Position numbers and translations under genes: made by a program. A stretch of DNA of 32,000 nt from an uncultured Chloroflexia bacterium (GTDB lineage Bacteria; Chloroflexota; Ktedonobacteria; Ktedonobacterales; JADMIN01): positions 630,001 through 662,000 of the forward strand of contig CAVRAI010000004.1 in the NCBI GenBank assembly GCA_963718915.1. Reading direction: 5' to 3'. Positions 9,386-16,601 of the stretch are shown here, one piece after another. Under the pieces are notes generated by a model. The model made no database searches. It was not told the DNA's origin and worked only from the letters and a program-made list of their open reading frames with translations. The stretch's first letter is position 1. Every line of letters starts with the position of its first letter.

Positions 9386-9469
9386 CGGGCTGGGTAGGCA
9401 GGAGGCCTGTCCCGCGTGTGCGGGCGACGGGTAGCGCGGAGAGGCGTTGAGGCAGCTTGCGCCTGATTG

Positions 9470-9988
9470 CTACGACAGTAACGCCTTTATCTGGGCAGCT
9501 GGCACATACTGTTGCCCGTCGCCCGCGTTCGGGTTGAATACACTCCCGCAGTGCTTGCAGTAGTAGAGCTGATCCCACTTGTCCTTTGCCTTCTGCCACC
9601 GGCGAAACTGGTTTGCGGTCACTCGATGCCAGATGAGGATCCACACGAAAATAGCGCCGGTTCCGATGCCGATGACGAGAAACGCGGGGGGCGTTGGGGT
9701 ATCACCTGGTGGCAGAACCACGATGCCAGCGGTGAGTAGGGCAAACTCCGCGAGACTGGCGAGTGATAAATACCCGAGCAGCACCATCCACCCGATGAGC
9801 TTCCATCCCCATTTGTCGGTGTACTCCGGCTGTGGCGGAGCCGCCAACTGCTTACTCAGCGAGCTCATAACGCTGTATTTCCCTGGTTCGAGGCCTTCGA
9901 TAGTCCCACTACTGACGACAATGCTCACCTTCTGGACATCTTCAGGCTGCGGACAGATAGGGTTCGGACATCGGATTCGCTGATTCAT
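9470..9988 (-). CDS. Hypothetical membrane protein with N-terminal CPNPIC and C-terminal CKHC motifs
   Basis: ATG 9988..9986 preceded by GCAGGAGAC (SD). 172 aa with two predicted TM helices (WKLIGWMVLLGYLSLASLAEFALL, FLVIGIGTGAIFVWILIW). The longer track ORF (to 10294) would run through the tRNA promoter region up to 2 nt short of the tRNA gene. Confidence 0.6.
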   Translation of the reverse strand: MNQRIRCPNPICPQPEDVQKVSIVVSSGTIEGLEPGKYSVMSSLSKQLAAPPQPEYTDKWGWKLIGWMVLLGYLSLASLAEFALLTAGIVVLPPGDTPTPPAFLVIGIGTGAIFVWILIWHRVTANQFRRWQKAKDKWDQLYYCKHCGSVFNPNAGDGQQYVPAAQIKALLS

Positions 9989-10178
9989 CCCGGTCTCCTG
10001 CGCTCTGCTCGCTATTATGTACCAAAACCCCGGCCGTGTGGGCAGATATTGGGCGACGCCAGTCTGTGTGACTGGCTTACTCCCGGCATCCTCCAACACA
10101 TCGCCGTCAGTCTGACGACATTCTACACCAGCAATCAAGCCAGAACTCTTCCCATGCTCATGAGCAGGTGAATGCGTC

Positions 10179-10207
10179 TTGCCATTCCTGGGTGGAGATA
10201 ATATACT
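10179..10207 (+). promoter_or_regulatory. Candidate sigma70-type promoter for tRNA-Glu
   Basis: TTGCCA (10179..10184), 17 nt, TATACT (10202..10207), about 90 nt upstream of the tRNA 5' end. A leader hairpin CTCCCG/CGGGAG lies at about 10267..10285. Confidence 0.3.
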
Positions 10208-10296
10208 ACCTGTGAGCTTTGGCTCTCGCCCTGGGGCATCTGGGCGTGGGGTGCGACCCCTGAACGCTCCCGATTCACGCGGGAGAAATGTCACTA

Positions 10297-10373
10297 GCCC
10301 CTGTCGTCTAGCGGCCTAGGACATCACCCTTTCAAGGTGGAGATCACGGGTTCGAATCCCGTCAGGGGTACCA
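10297..10373 (+). tRNA. tRNA-Glu (anticodon UUC), CCA encoded
   Basis: Cloverleaf folded by hand: acceptor GCCCCTG/CAGGGGT (G1-U72 wobble), D-arm GTCT..GGAC, anticodon stem TCACC/GGTGG, loop CTTTCAA (anticodon TTC), T-arm ACGGG-TTCGAAT-CCCGT, discriminator A, CCA. Confidence 0.9.
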
Positions 10374-10378
10374 TATTT

Positions 10379-10795
10379 ATGCCGATTCCGTCGCTGCTAC
10401 CCAGTGGACACCTTCCTCCAGGTGAATATCCTGCTACTGTTGAAGAGATACTCGCGGCATTTCCTTCGACCACTGTGGAGAGAACCGAACTCAATCAAGC
10501 CTTGCAGGATGTGATACCAGCGTTTGTTAAACTTAAAACAATTGCGCCAGATATGGTACTGTACATAGATGGCAGTTACTTGACGAATAAGACTTCTCCC
10601 GTTGATATTGATGTCCTGATCCTGACTGACGTGCTGGATGAAGTCGAGGTACAGGATTTTCTGAACCAGGAGTGCCCTGTACCAGCCACCTATTTCGATG
10701 TGCATGCCGATCCGTTGAACCGGCGCTACCTTGTCAACGTGTTTACCAGAACCCGCAGCAATCAGCCAAAAGGCATTATTCTGTTGTTGGTGTAA
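10379..10795 (+). CDS. Minimal Pol-beta superfamily nucleotidyltransferase-like protein (LPPG...DGS...DxD family)
   Basis: 138 aa from ATG 10379, 5 nt after the tRNA CCA. The track start at 10337 lies inside the tRNA. Signature YIDGSYLTNKTSPVDIDVLIL equals G-S-x9-D-x-D. N-terminal GHLPPGEY and C-terminal PKGIILL resemble an uncharacterised small NTase family, recalled from memory and not searched. Confidence 0.7.
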   Translation: MPIPSLLPSGHLPPGEYPATVEEILAAFPSTTVERTELNQALQDVIPAFVKLKTIAPDMVLYIDGSYLTNKTSPVDIDVLILTDVLDEVEVQDFLNQECPVPATYFDVHADPLNRRYLVNVFTRTRSNQPKGIILLLV

Positions 10796-10864
10796 ACACG
10801 CATGTCGAGTACTCGGCAAGAAAGCCAGTAATCCAGTGCACGTTGCACGAGAAGAGACAAACCA

Positions 10865-11110
10865 ATGAAAGAGACGCAGCCGCCGATCACTACTGCTGAT
10901 GAGTATGTGGCCTACCAAAAGGCGCTCGAGGATATCAACGCCGAATGTGCGGGACGGGAGCAGGCTGTCTTTCAGGCACAGGGCATACCAGACAAGTTAG
11001 AGCGTGCGCGCACTGCCCTCTTCCGCATGTATCGGATCCGGCAGGGTATCCTTGATGCTTTGGCTGAGTATGAACGCCAACAGTATGCCTCACAACGGAA
11101 AAGCGGATAG
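10865..11110 (+). CDS. Hypothetical small helical protein (candidate partner of the NTase)
   Basis: 81 aa, predicted all-helical with a heptad-like pattern (YQKALEDINAECAGREQAVFQAQ...LFRMYRIRQGILDALAEYERQQ). Purine-rich GAGAAGAGA upstream. Contains no His, so no HEPN Rx4-6H motif. Confidence 0.5.
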   Translation: MKETQPPITTADEYVAYQKALEDINAECAGREQAVFQAQGIPDKLERARTALFRMYRIRQGILDALAEYERQQYASQRKSG

Positions 11111-11133
11111 CATTCGGCCAGTAGTTTTTCGTT

Positions 11134-11201
11134 GTCTAGCGGCCTAGGACATCACCCTTTCAAGGTGGAGATCACGGGTTCGAATCCCGTCAGGGGTACC
11201 A
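11134..11201 (+). pseudogene. 5'-truncated copy of tRNA-Glu (att-like repeat), not a functional tRNA
   Basis: Identical to tRNA positions 10-76. The 5' acceptor strand is replaced by TTTTTCGTT, which cannot pair with CAGGGGT. Confidence 0.85.
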
Positions 11202-11216
11202 GCTAATCAGACGACG

Positions 11217-11246
11217 ATGCCCCTCATCAGTTGAGGGGCATTTTTC
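11217..11246 (+). terminator. Rho-independent terminator downstream of the truncated tRNA copy
   Basis: Stem ATGCCCCTCA (11217..11226) / TGAGGGGCAT (11232..11241), 5-nt loop, then the T-run TTTTT (11241..11245, its first T closing the stem). Confidence 0.75.
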
Positions 11247-11283
11247 GAGGATATCGCGTGCTGGGTGACTCTTGAGAAGAGAC

Positions 11284-11796
11284 TCAGCCTTGCAGGTGAT
11301 GCGCCTCGATCAGACGTGGGACACTGCCGAAGTCCAAATCCAGCCCATACTTCGCGAAGAGCGCCGCGGCCTTTTCAGGATCAGGTAAACCTGCTTCCGC
11401 CGCTGAAAAGAGCGCGGCCATCTCGCGGAAGTAGCCCTCGAATCCGGCGGGCGTAATCACCTCCAGCACGCGCGCGGGTGTATCGCCAGCGTTCCAGAAG
11501 GCATGGGGAATGCCGCGCGGCTTGAAGACCGTCGCGCCCGGCTCGGCGATCAGGACACGCTCGCCGATCTGGATGCCGACCCGGCCCTCGACGACATAGG
11601 ATATCTCGTCCTCATGGGTATGCGTGTGTGTCGGCGCTGCCAAAGCTTTGGGACGAATCGGATGCTCCACCAGCGATAACCGCCCTCCAGTCTGTTCCCC
11701 GCTCACCAGATAACGTACTCCCAGACCCCGAAGCCATACCATCTCACCGCCGTCTGGTTGTATCAGAATGTCTTCGTCATGTCCCTTCGGATCCAT
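11284..11796 (-). CDS. Cupin domain-containing protein
   Basis: Cupin motif PTHTHTHEDEISYVVEG...G...FKPRGIPHAFWN. ATG 11796..11794 is preceded by GGAGG 6 nt upstream. The track start at 11829 adds 11 aa. Confidence 0.85.
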   Translation of the reverse strand: MDPKGHDEDILIQPDGGEMVWLRGLGVRYLVSGEQTGGRLSLVEHPIRPKALAAPTHTHTHEDEISYVVEGRVGIQIGERVLIAEPGATVFKPRGIPHAFWNAGDTPARVLEVITPAGFEGYFREMAALFSAAEAGLPDPEKAAALFAKYGLDLDFGSVPRLIEAHHLQG

Positions 11797-11833
11797 AGCG
11801 CCTCCATCTTCTTTGATTTCACTGAACAATGAT

Positions 11834-11856
11834 GTATACTGATGTACAGAGTATAC
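11834..11856. promoter_or_regulatory. Inverted repeat in the cupin/TetR divergent intergenic region (candidate TetR operator)
   Basis: GTATACT (11834..11840) / AGTATAC (11850..11856), 9-nt spacer containing TGTACA. AT-rich region between starts 11796 (-) and 11907 (+). Confidence 0.4.
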
Positions 11857-11906
11857 TCAGAACATTGGAGTGTTGTCAATATCATGAAACATGGCTGTTC
11901 AATAAA

Positions 11907-12545
11907 ATGACCGAGAAACGCAAATACCAGCAAAAACTGCGCGCCGAACGGCAGGAAGAGACGCGGCGGCGCATCACTGTGGCGACGGTTGCGCTGCACT
12001 GGGAAATCGGGCCGGCACAGACGACGATTAGCGCGATTGCCGAACGGGCTGGCGTGGAACGCCTCACCGTCTATCGCCACTTTCCTGAGGAGCGTGACCT
12101 GCTCTCTGCCTGCCAGCAGCATTTTCGGACGGAGCATCCGCTGCCAGACCCCTCAGCTTGGGCCGCTCTCGCCGACCCGGTGGAACGGCTAAGGACGGCG
12201 CTGACGGCGGTCTACACCTACTACCGAGAGACCGAAGCCATGACAGCGAATATCCTCCATGATTCGTCACTGATGCCAGATCTGGCTGCCATCCTTACTG
12301 GACGCGAAGCCTACGTGGCCGCACTGCATGGGCAATTGCTGGAAGGTTGGGGCATCTCTGACGCGGCGCTTGAAATGGTGAGAGCCGCCATTGGCCATGC
12401 ACTCGACTTCGAGACGTGGCGCTCGCTGGTACGGCGGCAACAGCTCGCCGACGAGGAGGCGGTGGCGCTGATGGCGCGGTTGGTGGCGACGCTCACTGCG
12501 GACGACACAATCCACGCAGGCAATGCCACCATTCCAAAAAGCTGA
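11907..12545 (+). CDS. TetR/AcrR family transcriptional regulator
   Basis: HTH VATVALHWEIGPAQTTISAIAERAGVERLTVYRHFPEERDLL. Start MTEKRKYQQ at 11907 is preferred over 11829, because the first 26 codons are AT-rich promoter-like sequence. Confidence 0.85.
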   Translation: MTEKRKYQQKLRAERQEETRRRITVATVALHWEIGPAQTTISAIAERAGVERLTVYRHFPEERDLLSACQQHFRTEHPLPDPSAWAALADPVERLRTALTAVYTYYRETEAMTANILHDSSLMPDLAAILTGREAYVAALHGQLLEGWGISDAALEMVRAAIGHALDFETWRSLVRRQQLADEEAVALMARLVATLTADDTIHAGNATIPKS

Positions 12546-12546
12546 T

Positions 12547-13062
12547 TTACCAGCGCTCGCGGTGAACCATCTCATCGAGCGGGTTGCGTCCGCCCTGTTT
12601 TGGCGGCGCGCTCAGCACGGTTTTGTCAGCGGGGTAGCCGAACGAGAGCGCCACGTCGCAGCGAAAGCCATCGGGGACGCCGAGAATCGCCTGCGCCTGA
12701 TCGGGATGATAGATGGTGGCGATGACCGAACCAATGCCAAGCTCCCAGGCCGCAAGCTGCATGTAGGACGCCGTCTGGCCGACGTCGAACATGAGCCATT
12801 CGCGCCGCTCCGCGTCGTCGGGCACGACGATGACGACCCCCAGCGCCGCGCCAGCCAGATGGCTCGCGAAGTCGCCCGTCTGTGAGAGTTGTGTGAGTAT
12901 ATCCCTGTCGGTCACGGCGACGAACTGCCAGGGCTGGGTATTCTTGGAGCTTTGTGCGCGCCGACCCGCGTTGAGAATCGTGCGAACCGCATCGTCCGGT
13001 AGTGGGTCAGGTGCGAACCGGCGCACGGATCGCTTAAGGCGGATTGCATCGAGCACATTCAT
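12547..13062 (-). CDS. Nitroreductase family protein
   Basis: LKRSVRRFAPDPLPDDAVRTILNAGRRAQSSKNTQPWQFVAV is the hallmark N-terminal nitroreductase motif. AGGAGG lies 8 nt upstream of ATG 13062. Confidence 0.9.
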   Translation of the reverse strand: MNVLDAIRLKRSVRRFAPDPLPDDAVRTILNAGRRAQSSKNTQPWQFVAVTDRDILTQLSQTGDFASHLAGAALGVVIVVPDDAERREWLMFDVGQTASYMQLAAWELGIGSVIATIYHPDQAQAILGVPDGFRCDVALSFGYPADKTVLSAPPKQGGRNPLDEMVHRERW

Positions 13063-13267
13063 GGTACTACCTCCTGCTCGTCATGTGTAGCCACTCTGAG
13101 ATGTGGTGATTGGGTGGCGGAGACGTTTCTATCGCTGAGCCTGTAGGGAGTGTAGCGCGCGAATGTCATATCTGGCACTGCCGCCCTTCCCATCTGCTCT
13201 ATCGCAATACGCTATAGTGGAATAGCGGCCACTACCTCTCTTCATACATCGCAGGAGCAAGAATCAG

Positions 13268-14428
13268 ATGGGCATCCTTACTGGCATTCGCGTCGCCGAT
13301 TTCACCCGCGTCGTCTCTGGCCCGTTCGCCACGATGTTGCTCGGCGATCTTGGCGCCGATGTCTTCAAGATCGAGCGGCCGGGAACCGGCGACGATACGC
13401 GCGGCTGGGGGCCACCTTTTGTCGGCAGCGAAAGCACCTACTTCTTCTCGGTCAACCGCAATAAGAAGAGCGTCGTCATCGATTTGCAGACGCGCGAGGG
13501 CCGCGAACTGGCGCGCAAGCTCTGCCTGAGCTGTGATGTGGTTGTGGAAAACTTTCGGGTTGGCTTTATGGACCGCGTCGGGCTGGGCTATGAAGCGTTG
13601 CGCACTGCGCGGCCAGATATCATCTATTGCAGTATCTCCGGATTTGGGCAGGTGGGTCCATACCGCGACCGGGCGGGCTACGACGTACCGATACAGGCGA
13701 TGGGCGGGCTGATGAGCATCACGGGCGAGCCTGACCGGCCTCCGGTGAAGACTGGCGTCGCGCTGGTGGATGTGATCGCGGCGCAGTATGCCTTCTCCGG
13801 CGTCCTGGCGGCGCTCTATCATCGCGAGCGAACCGGCGAAGGGCAGCGCATCGATGTCTCGCTGCTCAGCGCGGAGCTGGCGGCGCTCATTAATGTGGCG
13901 AGCGCGTATCTGGTGGCGGGCGAGATGCCGGTGCGGCGCGGCAATGCCCACGCCTCGATTGTGCCCTATCAGGTTTTCGGCGCCAGCGACGGCTACGTGA
14001 TGATCGGCGCCGCCAACGACAAGCTCTTCGCCGCGTTCTGCGTGGCGGCTGGACGGCCAGAGTGGGCCAGCGATCCGCGCTTCAGGACGAATGTTGACCG
14101 CGTGCGGAACCGTGCGATTCTGGTTCCGCTGATCGATGAGCTGGTGCGCGCCGATACGGTGGCAAGCTGGGTCGAGCGGCTCCAGAAGGCGGGCGTCGCG
14201 GTTGCCCCGGTCAACGACCTGGCCCAGGCGTTCGCCGATCCGCAGGTGGTGGCGTCGGGCCAGGTGGTGTCGGTAGCGCATCCGGTAATGGAGCAGCTGC
14301 CGCTGGTTGGTCCAGCTGCCCTCTTTAGCCAGACGCCAGCCGAGGTGCGCCTGCCACCGCCGTTGCTGGGACAGCATACCGCCGAGGTTCTGGAGAGCCT
14401 CGCCGCTCGTGACGGTTACGATGGCTAG
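13268..14428 (+). CDS. Family III CoA-transferase (CaiB/BaiF family)
   Basis: GIRVADFTRVVSGPFATMLLGDLGADVFKIERP and later IVPYQVF / GAANDKLF blocks. AGGAG upstream. Confidence 0.92.
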   Translation: MGILTGIRVADFTRVVSGPFATMLLGDLGADVFKIERPGTGDDTRGWGPPFVGSESTYFFSVNRNKKSVVIDLQTREGRELARKLCLSCDVVVENFRVGFMDRVGLGYEALRTARPDIIYCSISGFGQVGPYRDRAGYDVPIQAMGGLMSITGEPDRPPVKTGVALVDVIAAQYAFSGVLAALYHRERTGEGQRIDVSLLSAELAALINVASAYLVAGEMPVRRGNAHASIVPYQVFGASDGYVMIGAANDKLFAAFCVAAGRPEWASDPRFRTNVDRVRNRAILVPLIDELVRADTVASWVERLQKAGVAVAPVNDLAQAFADPQVVASGQVVSVAHPVMEQLPLVGPAALFSQTPAEVRLPPPLLGQHTAEVLESLAARDGYDG

Positions 14429-14585
14429 GCTGGGCTGGAACTCGCGGCTGGGCTGCGGCGTATAGTGCAGTGCGAGGGACTATGCATGCCCGATACTCCT
14501 GCCTGATTCCACGACGAACAGAACTGTAGATATCTCCATTCGGTCGCGCACTGCTGGCCGAGATAGCCCAGGGAGGGAGAGGTCC

Positions 14586-16211
14586 ATGAAAGTTGATCTG
14601 GAAAGCGCCATTACCGAGGTCACAGTCTATCCGCAGGGCGGGCAGGTGACGCGCCAGGGCACGGCGACGGTGGACGCGGCGGGCGAGCATGCGCTCAGCT
14701 TCGTCGGGCTGGCGATGGCGATTGATGTCGGCTCGTTTCGCGCGACCGGAATCGGGCCAGCGGGCACGCGCATCCTGAGCGTCGAGAGTACGCAGGAATA
14801 CCACGAGACCGCGCCCGAGGAGTCGCTGACGCGCCTGCGCGACGAGATCGAGCGGTTGGAGCGGGCGATTCACCTGCTGGACGGGCGCGACAAGCTGATG
14901 GCGCAGCAGGAGCAATGGCTGGCGAGCCTGGGCGAGCAATCGGCGCGCAGCCTGGCGTGGGGGCTGGCGCGCGGGACGGCCAAGCCAAGCGATGCCAGTG
15001 GGCTGCTGGCCTTTACCGATGAGGAAACCCAGCGGCTGGCGGCGGCGCGGCAGGAGATTCAGCGTCAGCGCACGGAGTCGCAGCGCACGCTGGATGCCCG
15101 GCGGCGCGAGCTTGCCCGGCTGAGTGGCGCGTACCAGCCTGACCGACTGACGGCGATTGTGCGCATTGAGACGGCTGAGGCGGGCGAGGTGACGGTGAAT
15201 CTCTCATACCTCGTCTATGGAGCCGCATGGCGTCCGCGCTACGATGCCCGGGTGGATGCCGAGGCGGCGAAAGTGTTGCTGACACAGCAGGGGCTGGTGA
15301 CGCAGAACACCGGCGAGGACTGGCGGCAGGTGGCGCTCTCGCTCTCGACGGCGCGCCCCTCGGCCACCGTGCGCCTGCCCGATGAGCCTGACCCGTGGTA
15401 CCTCGATGTCTACCAGCCCCCGCAGCCCGTTATGCCGAAAGCGCGATCCATGCTGCGGCAGGTAACATTTAGCAGCGCGGCGGCGGATGGCGCTATGCCG
15501 ATGGCCGCCCCACTGATGGTGGCTGAGCAGGCGTCATCGTTCGATATGGCGCTGGCTGCGGCGGATGTCGTGCAGTCGGGCGCGGCGCAGGTTTTCCACA
15601 TCGGTGGCCGTTCGGATGTCCCTTCGGATGGCTCGCCGCATACGCTGGGCATCGGCGCGTATGATCTGCCGTGTCGTATGGAATACGTCGCCGAGCCGGT
15701 GGTTTCCGAGGGGGCGCATCTGCGGGCGCTGCCGAAGAATACGACCGGGACGGTGCTGCTGCCGGGGGAGATGTATGTCTTCCACGCGGGGGCGGCTGGC
15801 GACGAGTATGTCGGCGCGACGGCGTTGGAGCTGACCGCGCAGGACGCCGAGCTGTCGCTCTACCTAGGCATCGACGACAATATCACCGTCAAGCGCGAGA
15901 TGATTGAGCGCGACACCGACAAGGGCAATATCCTGCAGACCGGCATCCGCCGCGTGACGCTGGGCTACCGTGTGACGCTGGCCAATCGTACCGCCGCGCC
16001 GCAGCAGGTGATCCTGAAAGATCGCATGCCAGTGCCACGCCACGAGCGCATCAAGATCAAGCCGCTGGACTTCCGTCCCCAGCCAACCTCGAAGACGAAG
16101 CTGGAGCAGATGACCTGGGAGATGCAGCTGACGCCCGGCGAGGAGCGCAAGATCGAGTGGCGTTTCACTATCGAGGCGCCCGCCGACCTCAACGTGACCA
16201 ATATGCCGTAG
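14586..16211 (+). CDS. DUF4140/DUF4139 (mucoidy inhibitor MuiA-like) family protein, function unknown
   Basis: 541 aa. N-terminal ITEVTVYPQGGQVTRQGTATV...FVGLAMAIDVGSFRATG. Central coiled-coil (LRDEIERLERAIHLLDGRDKLMAQQEQ). C-terminal beta-rich region ending KIEWRFTIEAP. Family assignment is from memory of that architecture. Confidence 0.75.
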   Translation: MKVDLESAITEVTVYPQGGQVTRQGTATVDAAGEHALSFVGLAMAIDVGSFRATGIGPAGTRILSVESTQEYHETAPEESLTRLRDEIERLERAIHLLDGRDKLMAQQEQWLASLGEQSARSLAWGLARGTAKPSDASGLLAFTDEETQRLAAARQEIQRQRTESQRTLDARRRELARLSGAYQPDRLTAIVRIETAEAGEVTVNLSYLVYGAAWRPRYDARVDAEAAKVLLTQQGLVTQNTGEDWRQVALSLSTARPSATVRLPDEPDPWYLDVYQPPQPVMPKARSMLRQVTFSSAAADGAMPMAAPLMVAEQASSFDMALAAADVVQSGAAQVFHIGGRSDVPSDGSPHTLGIGAYDLPCRMEYVAEPVVSEGAHLRALPKNTTGTVLLPGEMYVFHAGAAGDEYVGATALELTAQDAELSLYLGIDDNITVKREMIERDTDKGNILQTGIRRVTLGYRVTLANRTAAPQQVILKDRMPVPRHERIKIKPLDFRPQPTSKTKLEQMTWEMQLTPGEERKIEWRFTIEAPADLNVTNMP

Positions 16212-16601
16212 GGCGGATCTTTCCCCTACCCCTCCCCTGGACGAACTTTGAGGATGAACTCCGAACCGGGTGCTGGGGTGGGCTTGCCGGAAGCCCAAAT
16301 GCCCCGACGAATGAACTGGGGAGATGCTGGGGGGAAATTCGCCGTAGCGTTCACGCTACGGCCTGCTCGCCCCGCCTCTACGCTGGATGTTCGGGCTACA
16401 TCGTAAAAGTTCATCAAGGCGAGGGGCCGAGGATGAGGTCCGCGCGCTACGAAGCGGGGATGATCCCACAACATCTGGCCAGACTGCGCGATGCCTGCTA
16501 CTATCCTTTCTGAAGTGGTATCCTGGCAGCGGCGGCTTCTTAGGTCGCATGGTGTTCTGTAGGTAGTATGCATTCAGGCATAATCAGGAGGATGAGCGCG
16601 C

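Larger units (their letters stand above)
10306..11201 (+). mobile_element. Putative integrase-less islet inserted at tRNA-Glu, bounded by perfect 68-bp direct repeats
   Basis: 10306..10373 is identical to 11134..11201 (tRNA positions 10 to CCA). The intervening 760 bp is AT-richer: hand counts of five 60-nt blocks from 10381 give 34, 30, 24, 24 and 32 G+C, against 39/60 in block 13301..13360. No recombinase gene is present. Confidence 0.35.

Noticed and set aside
9989-10294. Upstream extension of the 9470..10294 ORF (274 aa)
   Set aside because: The extension has no SD and a Pro/Arg/Gly-rich junk-like sequence. It covers the putative tRNA promoter region and ends 2 nt short of the tRNA. The internal ATG 9988 has a good AGGAGA SD.
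10337-10378. Track start of the NTase ORF inside the tRNA (MEITGSNPVRGTIF...)
   Set aside because: These codons are the tRNA anticodon and T arms. The first ATG outside the tRNA (10379) is the plausible start.
10397-10918. 173-aa minus-strand ORF across the islet
   Set aside because: It is antisense to both islet genes. It has no SD or motifs and an implausible composition.
11128-11201. Second tRNA-Glu gene
   Set aside because: The D-arm to CCA portion is identical to the first copy. However, the 5' acceptor strand is TTTTTCG, which cannot pair with CAGGGGT. It is called a truncated copy rather than a functional tRNA.
13232-14377. 381-aa minus-strand ORF
   Set aside because: It is fully antisense to the CoA-transferase gene, which has strong family motifs and a good SD. 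The composition is Arg/His-rich.
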